The position numbers and the translations under genes are program-made. A stretch of DNA of 64,000 nucleotides from an uncultured Acidobacteriota bacterium (lineage in GTDB: Bacteria > Acidobacteriota > Vicinamibacteria > Vicinamibacterales > 2-12-FULL-66-21), in contig CAWAYH010000011.1 of the NCBI GenBank assembly GCA_963786195.1, positions 374,781-438,780 of the forward strand, in the 5' to 3' direction. Each line of letters opens with the position of its first letter. Position 1 is the first letter of the stretch. The notes under the pieces are model-generated. The model did not search any database. It was not told where the DNA came from and worked only from the letters and a program-made list of their open reading frames with translations. This document shows, in pieces, positions 10,705 to 18,156 of the stretch.

Positions 10705-11352
10705 CTATCGGTCGATGTCCCGCGAGTGTTTTTTCGGAGTTGCCCTGTTCGGAAGCAGATCTGTTCGGACCTTCTTCGCGACCTCGACTCCCGGAGGGGG
10801 CAAGAACAGATCGTCTAAAGGCTCACCGATGACGATGTCCCGATACTCAGTGACATCGCCCGTATCCATCCTGGTGTAGATAGGGAACCCATTCAGCCCC
10901 ACGGCGAGTCGCAGAACTCGTTCGTTAGGACGGCCTAGCTCATACACAGCTGAGCCGGCGACCGCGCCCGCTGCGCGCAAGCGGCCGCTCCTCGCAGCTA
11001 ATACAGGTTTTAATCGAGCAACGGCATCGTCGGACAGTGGGTATGACACCCAGCCCTCCGCGTCACCGAATCGGACGTATGTGGTCTGGGTTTGCTGATT
11101 GTGAATCGTGATCACGTCACCAACGGGTCTTTTCAGAACGAGTGCGGTTGAGCCGTCACTACGTCGATAGAACATCCCCTCTTGTTGGGTTCCTTTGTGG
11201 ATGACGACGTGTCGAGCCGTGAACGGAATCCATTCAGTCGGTAATTGAATCACGTCAGCCTGTGGCGCTTCATGTCCCCGCGCAGCCGCAAGCACTACGG
11301 CGAAAACAGCGCAGGGTACCGAGACGGCTGCGATCATTCGCTTGGTTGCCAT
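10705..11352 (-). CDS. Hypothetical secreted protein (215 aa) in a visibly lower-GC stretch
   Basis: ORF 10705..11352. GAAGGAGGGG lies 7 nt before the ATG. Signal-like MATKRMIAAVSVPCAVFAVVLAAARG. Shares short motifs with the disrupted gene at 62723..63575 (see findings). Confidence 0.6.
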   Translation of the reverse strand: MATKRMIAAVSVPCAVFAVVLAAARGHEAPQADVIQLPTEWIPFTARHVVIHKGTQQEGMFYRRSDGSTALVLKRPVGDVITIHNQQTQTTYVRFGDAEGWVSYPLSDDAVARLKPVLAARSGRLRAAGAVAGSAVYELGRPNERVLRLAVGLNGFPIYTRMDTGDVTEYRDIVIGEPLDDLFLPPPGVEVAKKVRTDLLPNRATPKKHSRDIDR

Positions 11353-11413
11353 TGCGGTGCCCCTCCTTCATGCGTAGATTTTGCAGTCACTGTAGGTGTT
11401 CCACCAGCAAATC

Positions 11414-11634
11414 ATGAATGATGGACCCGCCGAGCACCTGCCGCGACTCTCGTTCCATTCACTCCGTCATTCGTGCGCGTCGATCCTGCTCGCACAGGGC
11501 GTTCCAGTTCGTGACGTCGCGGAGATCCTCGGACACAGCGATGTGCGCCTCCCTTGAGCACCTACGCGCACGTCATCGAAGCGAGCCGCGACCGTGCGGC
11601 CGGTGTGATGGATCGTCTGCTCCAAGTGGGCTGA
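11414..11634 (+). pseudogene. C-terminal remnant of a tyrosine recombinase (phage-type integrase); N-terminal ~3/4 missing, plus one -1 frameshift
   Basis: Own translation: ...LPRLSFHSLRHSCASILLAQGVPVRDVAEILGHSDVRL then stop at 11555. It resumes in another frame as LSTYAHVIEASRDRAAGVMDRLLQVG*. HxLRH ... LGH ... Y is the integrase box II pattern. It ends 88 nt from the 3' end of tRNA-Thr. Confidence 0.6.
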
Positions 11635-11721
11635 TCGAACGCTGTGGCTGTCAGATTGGCTGTCAATCGTGACTTGGCCCGTGGGCGGTGAGAATGAATC
11701 GCCGGAATTGTTCGGATATTC

Positions 11722-11797
11722 TGGAGCCGGCGCTCGGACTTGAACCGAGGACCTGCTGATTACGAATCAGCTGCTCTACCAACTGAGCTACGCCGGC
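11722..11797 (-). tRNA. tRNA-Thr, anticodon CGU, CCA encoded
   Basis: Reverse complement folds as a cloverleaf: GCCGGCG-TA-GCTC-AGTTGGTA-GAGC-A-GCTGA-TTCGTAA-TCAGC-AGGTC-CTCGG-TTCAAGT-CCGAG-CGCCGGC-T-CCA (76 nt). The anticodon loop TTCGTAA gives CGT. Confidence 0.9.
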
Positions 11798-11832
11798 ACT
11801 GAGGCGGGAAAGACGGACTATTCTATCAAACC

Positions 11833-12249
11833 GTGGTCCGCACCCACAAACACACCATCTCGACCAAAGGCCAGGGCGACGCGCACGACGTCACGGACAC
11901 CGTCACCGATGCCGTGCGCAAGTCGGGCCTCAGAGCCGGCATCGTCACGGTCTTCGTCGTCGGATCGACCGCCGGCGTGACGACGATCGAGTTCGAGCCG
12001 GGCGCCATCTCGGATCTCAATCGCCTCTTCGAGGAGCTCGCGCCGAGAACGGGCGAGTACCGTCATCACCTCCGCTGGGGTGACGACAACGGATCGAGTC
12101 ACGTCCGCGCCGCGCTCCTCGGGCCGTCGCTCACCGTGCCGTTCGAAGACAGCGGGCTGCTGCTCGGCACGTGGCAGCAGATCATGCTGCTCGAGTTCGA
12201 CACGCGGCCGCGCAAACGAGAGATCGTGATCCAGATCGTGGGTGAATAG
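11833..12249 (+). CDS. yjbQ: YjbQ/UPF0047-family protein (secondary thiamine-phosphate synthase-like)
   Basis: ORF 11833..12249 (GTG start): ...DVTDTVTDAVRKSGLRAGIVTVFVVGSTAGVTTIEFEPG...HVRAALLGPSLTVPFEDSGLLLGTWQQIMLLEFD. Confidence 0.85.
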   Translation: MVRTHKHTISTKGQGDAHDVTDTVTDAVRKSGLRAGIVTVFVVGSTAGVTTIEFEPGAISDLNRLFEELAPRTGEYRHHLRWGDDNGSSHVRAALLGPSLTVPFEDSGLLLGTWQQIMLLEFDTRPRKREIVIQIVGE

Positions 12250-12300
12250 CTCTCAGCTGAGCTGAAAGCTCTGCTGCATTTGTTTTCTGCAGAGCTCTAA

Positions 12301-12340
12301 GCTGATGGCTGACAACTGAGAGCTGATAGCTGACAGCTGA
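12301..12340 (+). repeat. Tandem heptamer array NNGCTGA x6
   Basis: gctgatg gctgaca actgaga gctgata gctgaca gctga. TGA falls at 12303, 12310, 12317, 12324, 12331 and 12338, so every plus-strand frame is closed twice. Located 52 nt after the yjbQ stop. Confidence 0.7.
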
Positions 12341-12461
12341 CGGCTTTACCCTTACTTCACTTCTTCCTCACTTCCTGCATATGAGTCGTCATCAGCGCCT
12401 GTTACTTTCCGTTTTGCAGCGACGGAAATGACCTCGCTGTGCAATCGAAAGGCAGGAGCAA

Positions 12462-13283
12462 GTGAAGCACTCTCGTTCTTACGCAGCCGCCGGCGTCGGG
12501 ACGGTGGCATTCGTCATGTGGTCCCCCGGGCAGAACAGGGCACTGGCGATTCGGCAATCAGCGGGGCCAGGCGTCGTGTACCAGGGAGCGGGACCAAACG
12601 TCGCGTCCATCCAGGCGGCGGTCGATCAGTTCAAAGCAGCGCTCGGCGGTATCAACAACCTCAACAACCCCGGACCGCTCGCGACGGGACGCCGTGAAAT
12701 CAACTGGGACGGCGGCGGCTCGGCCACATCGCCCGGTCCGTCGCCCTTTGAAGTGTTCTTGAACAGCCGCGGTGGTCTGATGACGACCCCTGGCACCGGG
12801 TTCGTCCAGGCGCCGCCCTCAGGCCTCGCGACGATCTTCGGTAATCCCTCACTGGCGACGACGTTCCAGCCATTCAGCCTGCAGCGGCTGTTCGCGGCGA
12901 TCGGGAGCACGGTCACCGACGTGACCTTCTTCATTCCAGGCACCAACGGCGGGACGAACGCGGTGACGGCCGGATTCGGCGCGGTCTACGCTGACGTCGA
13001 CAGCCCGGATGGTGGCGGACCCGGCGTGCGGCAGAGCAAGGCGCAGGCGTCGGGTCTCGTCTTTTACTACGACGCCGACGGTCAGCTGCTCTACACGAGC
13101 GCGCTGCCTTCGTCGCCTGGAACCGCGAGCCTGTCGTTCTTCGGGATCGTGTTTTCCGACGCGCGGATCGCGCGGGTGCGAATCATCACCGGCAGCGCGA
13201 CCCCGAACGCGGGCCTCGACCCGGGCCTGGACCTCATCGTGATGGACGATTTCATCTACGGCGAGCCGCAAATCCAGCAGTAA
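12462..13283 (+). CDS. Hypothetical secreted protein (273 aa)
   Basis: ORF 12462..13283 (GTG start, AGGAG 3 nt upstream, so the start is uncertain). Hydrophobic N-terminus AAAGVGTVAFVMW; Gly/Thr/Pro-rich body. I recognise no family. Confidence 0.55.
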   Translation: MKHSRSYAAAGVGTVAFVMWSPGQNRALAIRQSAGPGVVYQGAGPNVASIQAAVDQFKAALGGINNLNNPGPLATGRREINWDGGGSATSPGPSPFEVFLNSRGGLMTTPGTGFVQAPPSGLATIFGNPSLATTFQPFSLQRLFAAIGSTVTDVTFFIPGTNGGTNAVTAGFGAVYADVDSPDGGGPGVRQSKAQASGLVFYYDADGQLLYTSALPSSPGTASLSFFGIVFSDARIARVRIITGSATPNAGLDPGLDLIVMDDFIYGEPQIQQ

Positions 13284-13294
13284 GCCTGAGCCAG

Positions 13295-13327
13295 GACGGG
13301 TCCGCGCAATCGGTGCGCGCACCCGTC
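13295..13327. terminator. 14-bp-stem hairpin between convergent genes (possible bidirectional terminator; no T-tract)
   Basis: gacgggtccgcgca atcgg tgcgcgcacccgtc. One mismatch in 14 bp. Begins 12 nt after the stop of ORF 12462..13283. Confidence 0.4.
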
Positions 13328-13375
13328 AATCTACAATCTAAGATCCGCAAAACCGAAAACCGAAAACCGAAAACC
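13327..13375 (+). repeat. Tandem heptamer array (CAATCTA x2, AGATCCG, CAAAACC, GAAAACC x3)
   Basis: Strict period 7 read directly from the sequence. The last unit overlaps the stop codon (cta 13375-13377) of the minus-strand kinase gene by 1 nt. Confidence 0.75.
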
Positions 13376-16300
13376 TACTCAAGCGTTTTGAGCAACGCCT
13401 CAGCATACAGGTAATCCAGCGTGCCGTGTCCTTCCGTCAGCGACGGCAGCAGCGGCGCGAGCACGTCGCGCGCCTCCGTGCCCCGGTCGCGATCCACGAG
13501 GAAGCCGGCAAGACCGCGCGCCGCGCGAAGCTCCAGCCAGCGCGCCCCCTGACGTCTGGCGATCTCGAGCGCCTCGTGAAACTTGCGCTCGGCCTCCGCT
13601 GTTGCACCGGTCGCCGCAAACACTTCCGCCTGCAATCGGGCGTGCTCGGCGTCGTAGGCGTGCTGCCCGGTCGCGAGGGCCACCTGGGTGGACTCATCCA
13701 GCGCCGCCTGCGCGCGCGTCGCCAATCCGGACCGCAGGAGCGCGCCCGCGAAGAGCATGAAGTAGTAGGGCCGCAGCAACGCCGATCGCGTCAGCGTGTG
13801 CGCCGCCACGCCTTCTTCGATGACGCGCAACCCGCGCTTCGAATCGCCGGTCTCGATGTACGCGCGGCCGCACAGCGGCGCGGCCCAGTACAGTTCCTGC
13901 GCGATTCCGTGCGCCTCACAGACGACCGACAGCTCGTCGTATGTGCTCTGGACCTCGCGCGGCTCGCGGCGCGCAATGTGCGCGAAGATCTCGAACAGCA
14001 ATGCGAACGCCAGCGGCTGAGGATGATCGAGCGCGCGCGCATCCCGGACGGCCGCACGGACGACCTCCAGTCCCTTGTCGGGATACCCGCGCAGCGTCCA
14101 CGTCCGCGAGAGCTCGCATCGGCAGAAGACCCCGGGCTCGATGCCCGTCTGCCAGACCCGGGCCGCGTGGAACGCCGGATCGTAGAGGGTGAGCGCCCGT
14201 TCGAGATGCGTGTGAGCGGCTTCGAGCTCGCCGAGGTGGAAGAGCGAGGCGCCCAGCGACCACTGCCCGATCATCTGCAGGTGGGGATCGCCCAGCCGCT
14301 CGAAGAGCGCCATCATCTCGAGCGCGATGTCGTGCGCGATCGTGATCTCGCCCGAGACGATATGGTGGGCCGACAGACCGATCAGGACGGGAATGACGCG
14401 CGACGGATCGTCGACCTGCCGCGACAGCTCGCGGGCGCGTCCGTATGCCGTGCCGACCTCCGCGACGGCGTAGCCGCGGAATGTCTTGATCGCCAGGCCG
14501 TACGTCATCTGGAGCGCGAGCTCGGCGGCCGCGCGTACCGGCCCCTGCGGTTCGTCTTTCAGCAGCGCCAGGCCGCGCTGGGCCAGACGCGCGGACTCGT
14601 CGTGCGCGTAGAGGCGGCCGGCTGCCTGCGCGGCGCGGTGCCAGAACTCCGACGCCCGCACGCCGTCGCGGGCGGTCTCGAAGAGCATGGCGATGTCCGA
14701 CAGGCAGTCGCATTGACTGTCGCCGTATCGCGTGACGAGCCGCTCGGCGATCGTGCGGCTGAGCGCGGCTTTCCGCGTGGCGCGGAGCGCCTCGTAGAAC
14801 GCGTGGTGATAGACGTGATGCGCGAACCGGTACCGCAGCGTCAGCGCGCGGTCGGGACCCTCGAACTCGTCGACGAACCGCACCAGCGCGTGCTCGCGCT
14901 CCAGCTTTTCCAGCCGATCCTCGATTTCGTCGGCCCTGTCCTCGAGCTGCAGCGCGCTCGCGACGATCGCCGAATCGAAATCCATACCCTGAACGCTGGC
15001 GGCGCCGAGGAGCCGCCGGTCGGTATCGTCGAGCGCGTCGACCTTGCGCTGCACCAGACTCCGGACCGACTCCGGCAGCTCGCGCTCGATCGCCGACAAG
15101 TGCTCGGCGAGGACCCAGCGGCCGTCGCGCTGCTGCAGCACCTGACGGCGTCGCAGGTCGCGCAGGAGATCGGCCATGAACAGGGGGTTGCCCTCGGTGC
15201 GCTGGTGAATCAGCGCGGCCAGGCCCGACGGGAACGCGTGTTCGGGAAACTGCAGCGCGACAAAGCGATCGACCGCCGCTTCGTCCAGGAACGACGGCGT
15301 GATGTCGCGGCAGAGGCCGTGGGCGATCAGATCGTGCTTCAACGACACGAACGGATGGCGCGTCTGCGCAAGGTCAGACGGCCGGCAGGTGGCGATGATC
15401 AGCAGCCGCGTGTTGTCCAGTCGTCGCGCCAGATATCCCAGGAGGTCCGTCGTCGACGGATCCGCCCAGTGGACGTCGTCGAACCAGAGGACGACCGGCT
15501 GCAGACGTCCGATTTCCTCGAGCAGCGACGCGATCTCACGCTTCAGTCGTTCCTGCGAGCCGCCGGCGGTCTGCGCCGCGAGCCGCGCGGCGGAGGAGTC
15601 GTTTTCGGTGGGCGGCATCAGCTGCGCGTACCAGCTCGGGGCGACCGCCCGGATCAGGCGCGACAGGCTGCCGAGCTGCTCGTTGCGCTGCAGGCTGTCC
15701 AGCGCTTCCAGCACCGGCAGATAGGCTTCGCTGCCGGCCAGCCGCTCGGAGCAGCGTCCGCGCCCGATGCGCACCGGCTCGCCCGAGTCTTCCAGCTGAC
15801 GCACGAACGCATCGACGAGCGTGGTCTTGCCCATCCCGGCTTCCGCCGAGATCACCACCATCCGCGCCTTGCCGCGCTCGGCTCGCTCGAACTCATGCCT
15901 CAGCGCGTCGAGCTCGGCCTCGCGCCCGACGATGTTCAAGGCCGTTGTCGTGCGGCGCGCCGAGACGGTGACCGACGAGAGTGCCGTCGCGATGCTCGAG
16001 TCGTGCGCGAGCGCGAGGCGATACATGACTTCACTCGCGCCGGGGCGAAGCCTGCGGTCCTTCTGCAGCGATTCCAGGATGAGTTGATCGAGCGCCCGCG
16101 GCAGCTCGGGGTTGAGCAGCGACGGCGGCTCGGGCGTGTCCCACATGAGCGCGTGCAGCGTGCCGAGCTGCGAGGCAGCCATGAATGGATGCCGGCCCGT
16201 GACGAGCTCGTACAAGAGCACGCCAAGCGCGAACACGTCGGCTTCCGGCGTGACGGGCTCGCCCCGCGCCTGTTCGGGGGCCATGTAGCCAATCGTGCCA

Positions 16301-16872
16301 AGGATGAGCCCGGCCTCGGTCGCGGCCGTCGCGCCATCCAGGGGACCTTCGGCCGTCGCGCCCGACCCGTAAGGATTCGGCTGGACCCGCGCCAGCCCGA
16401 AGTCGAGGAGCTTCACGTAGCCATCCGGCCGCGACATGACGTTCTCCGGCTTGATGTCGCGATGGATGATCTGCGCCGCGTGGGCGACCGCGAGCGCTTC
16501 CGCGACCTGGCGCGCGATGGCGAGAATCCGCGCCAGCGAGAGTCCTCCGGCTGCGAGATCGCGCAGCGTTGCGCCCTCGATGAGCTCCATCGCAATGTAG
16601 CGATCGGTGCCGACGATGCCGGTCTCGAAGATGGTGACGATGTTCGGGTGATTCAGCGCGGACGCGAGCGTGGCTTCGCGCAGCAGACGATCCAGCGCCG
16701 AGTCGTCCATCGCGAGCGCGCGGCGAATGACCTTCAGGGCGACGTCGCGCGCGAGGCGCGGGTCGAACGCGCGATAGACCTCGCCCATACCACCCGCGCC
16801 GAGGCGAGCGCGGATCTCATAGTGACCGAAGCGTGCTCCAGCTTCGAGGCTGAGAGACCCGGGGATGGACAT
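13375..16872 (-). CDS. Multidomain Ser/Thr protein kinase - P-loop ATPase (AAA_16/STAND-like) - TPR-like repeat protein, 1165 aa
   Basis: ORF 13375..16872. Kinase motifs: GAGGMGEVYRA, VALKVI, HRDIKPENV, DFGLAR, GTIGYMAPE. Then a Walker A (VVISAEAGMGKTTLV) and a long helical-repeat C-terminus. Confidence 0.9.
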   Translation of the reverse strand: MSIPGSLSLEAGARFGHYEIRARLGAGGMGEVYRAFDPRLARDVALKVIRRALAMDDSALDRLLREATLASALNHPNIVTIFETGIVGTDRYIAMELIEGATLRDLAAGGLSLARILAIARQVAEALAVAHAAQIIHRDIKPENVMSRPDGYVKLLDFGLARVQPNPYGSGATAEGPLDGATAATEAGLILGTIGYMAPEQARGEPVTPEADVFALGVLLYELVTGRHPFMAASQLGTLHALMWDTPEPPSLLNPELPRALDQLILESLQKDRRLRPGASEVMYRLALAHDSSIATALSSVTVSARRTTTALNIVGREAELDALRHEFERAERGKARMVVISAEAGMGKTTLVDAFVRQLEDSGEPVRIGRGRCSERLAGSEAYLPVLEALDSLQRNEQLGSLSRLIRAVAPSWYAQLMPPTENDSSAARLAAQTAGGSQERLKREIASLLEEIGRLQPVVLWFDDVHWADPSTTDLLGYLARRLDNTRLLIIATCRPSDLAQTRHPFVSLKHDLIAHGLCRDITPSFLDEAAVDRFVALQFPEHAFPSGLAALIHQRTEGNPLFMADLLRDLRRRQVLQQRDGRWVLAEHLSAIERELPESVRSLVQRKVDALDDTDRRLLGAASVQGMDFDSAIVASALQLEDRADEIEDRLEKLEREHALVRFVDEFEGPDRALTLRYRFAHHVYHHAFYEALRATRKAALSRTIAERLVTRYGDSQCDCLSDIAMLFETARDGVRASEFWHRAAQAAGRLYAHDESARLAQRGLALLKDEPQGPVRAAAELALQMTYGLAIKTFRGYAVAEVGTAYGRARELSRQVDDPSRVIPVLIGLSAHHIVSGEITIAHDIALEMMALFERLGDPHLQMIGQWSLGASLFHLGELEAAHTHLERALTLYDPAFHAARVWQTGIEPGVFCRCELSRTWTLRGYPDKGLEVVRAAVRDARALDHPQPLAFALLFEIFAHIARREPREVQSTYDELSVVCEAHGIAQELYWAAPLCGRAYIETGDSKRGLRVIEEGVAAHTLTRSALLRPYYFMLFAGALLRSGLATRAQAALDESTQVALATGQHAYDAEHARLQAEVFAATGATAEAERKFHEALEIARRQGARWLELRAARGLAGFLVDRDRGTEARDVLAPLLPSLTEGHGTLDYLYAEALLKTLE

Positions 16873-16912
16873 TCGAGGGAGTGGTTCTAGTATACCGCGC
16901 GAGTTCGCGGTC

Positions 16913-17308
16913 TTACGCGGCCGGATGTGGTGTGCGATCGAAGAGGCGTTCGGTTTCCTTGGTCAGCAAGACCCAGAGCCCGTAGATGCCCAGGATCGTC
17001 ACCCACGGGAAGCCGAGCAGCGCGATCGCCGAGAGCACGATTCCGACGATGCGGGCCCAGGGCTTGAAGTAGAGGAGCCCGATGCCCGTGACAATCCCGG
17101 GCAGGGAAAAGACGAAGAGCATCGTCACCACTGCTGTGCCGACGATGCCGAGGATTGGAATCGCGAGGGCGGCATCGTCTGGATCGGCGGCCGCGCCGAC
17201 GATGCCGGCCGCGCCGCCAATCCCGATCAGAATGAGGATCGCAAAGACAATTCCAATCGCTCCGAGTGCGATGTAGAGGACGCCCAGGACGCGAACGTGG
17301 GTGTCCAT
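16913..17308 (-). CDS. Small integral membrane protein (about 4 TM helices), function unknown
   Basis: ORF 16913..17308: strongly hydrophobic (VLGVLYIALGAIGIVFAILILIGIGG...GLLYFKPWARIVGIVLSAIALLGFPWVTILGIYGLWVLL). Co-directional, 40 nt upstream of the kinase gene. Confidence 0.6.
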   Translation of the reverse strand: MDTHVRVLGVLYIALGAIGIVFAILILIGIGGAAGIVGAAADPDDAALAIPILGIVGTAVVTMLFVFSLPGIVTGIGLLYFKPWARIVGIVLSAIALLGFPWVTILGIYGLWVLLTKETERLFDRTPHPAA

Positions 17309-17334
17309 GTTATCCGGCGCTGGCGGCGAAGCGC

Positions 17335-17931
17335 TCAGCCCTCATCTTCTTCCACGTCATCCTTCTTCGCGCTGGTGGCGACGTTGTCGATTTCGAGGTC
17401 GTCGTCTTTCATGCGCCAATCCTCGTCGACGTCGTACAGGCGGCCGACCGGTCGCTCCTTGATGGGACCTTTCGGTCCGCGATCGCCATCCTTGCGCGCG
17501 GTCTTGCGCTTGTTCTTGGGCGGCGCGTCCGGACCGAAGTTGCGGCTTCGCGGGCCGCCGGGGGCCGCCCCTCCGTCGGCCGGGCGCGGGGCAAAACCAC
17601 TTGGACGCGGGCTGCCGAATCCTGGTGGACCACCCGGGCGGGGACTGCTGAACCCACCCGGTCGAGGCCCGGGGGGACGCTCCTCTCGCGGCCGCGCTTC
17701 GCTGACCGCGAGTGGCCGTCCGAGGAACAGCTGCTGGTTGAACCGCCGGATCGCCTCCTCGGCAACCGCGCGGTCTGCATAGTCGACGAACGCGAATCCT
17801 CGCGGGCGTCCGGTCTCCCGATCGGTCGGGAGGACAATCTGGGCTGGTTCTCCGACGCTCGACAGATGCTGGCGCAGGTCGGCCTCGGTCGCCGCGTAAG
17901 GCAGATTCCCAATGAACAGACGGACTGACAC
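17335..17931 (-). CDS. RRM-type RNA-binding protein with a Gly/Pro/Arg-rich and acidic C-terminal tail
   Basis: Track ORF 17335..18087. RNP motifs: RLFIGNLPY (RNP2) and RGFAFVDY (RNP1). The start is uncertain (GTG 17931 or TTG about 27 nt upstream); the upstream ORF extension shows no conservation. Confidence 0.7.
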   Translation of the reverse strand: MSVRLFIGNLPYAATEADLRQHLSSVGEPAQIVLPTDRETGRPRGFAFVDYADRAVAEEAIRRFNQQLFLGRPLAVSEARPREERPPGPRPGGFSSPRPGGPPGFGSPRPSGFAPRPADGGAAPGGPRSRNFGPDAPPKNKRKTARKDGDRGPKGPIKERPVGRLYDVDEDWRMKDDDLEIDNVATSAKKDDVEEDEG

Positions 17932-18090
17932 AACTCCCTCGTTACTTAGACGGAACAACCGGCTCCGGTTGCCCAGGATCAGTGCGGCTCGCAGACACCC
18001 TTCCACGACCCCGCCCCGACAGGTCCCAACAAAATAGCACAAGGGACGCGCACTTTGGCTGTTGGCGTCGCCTCCGCGACGCGGCACAGG

Positions 18091-18119
18091 TTGAAGCCCT
18101 GGAAGGGGTGCGTTACTAT
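18091..18119 (+). promoter_or_regulatory. Candidate sigma-70-type promoter for uvrA
   Basis: TTGAAG (18091-18096), 17-nt spacer, TACTAT (18114-18119), 38 nt before the uvrA ATG. Pattern match only. Confidence 0.25.
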
Positions 18120-18156
18120 GGACTGTTCAGGATTCGACCAATAGCGCACACAGTAA

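Noticed and set aside
8400-11721. att-type direct repeat of the tRNA-Thr 3' half marking the far end of the putative island
   Set aside because: Only a 10-nt match (agtccgagcg, inside the second vapC) was seen, and in the wrong orientation. The island boundary therefore remains undefined.
12266-12298. Hairpin after yjbQ (agctctgc ... gcagagct) as a terminator
   Set aside because: It has an 8-bp stem with a 14-nt loop and no following T-tract. Not convincing on its own.
13426-16890. 1154-aa plus-strand ORF
   Set aside because: Exactly antisense to the well-supported kinase/ATPase/TPR gene. Its translation is Arg/Ala/Gly/Pro-rich with no motifs, a typical shadow ORF in GC-rich DNA.
18120-18156. 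SOS (LexA) box upstream of uvrA
   Set aside because: I found no CTGT-N8-ACAG, CGAACNNNNGTTCG or GTTC-N7-GTTC type site between the candidate promoter and the ATG. I cannot recall a validated acidobacterial LexA motif to test.
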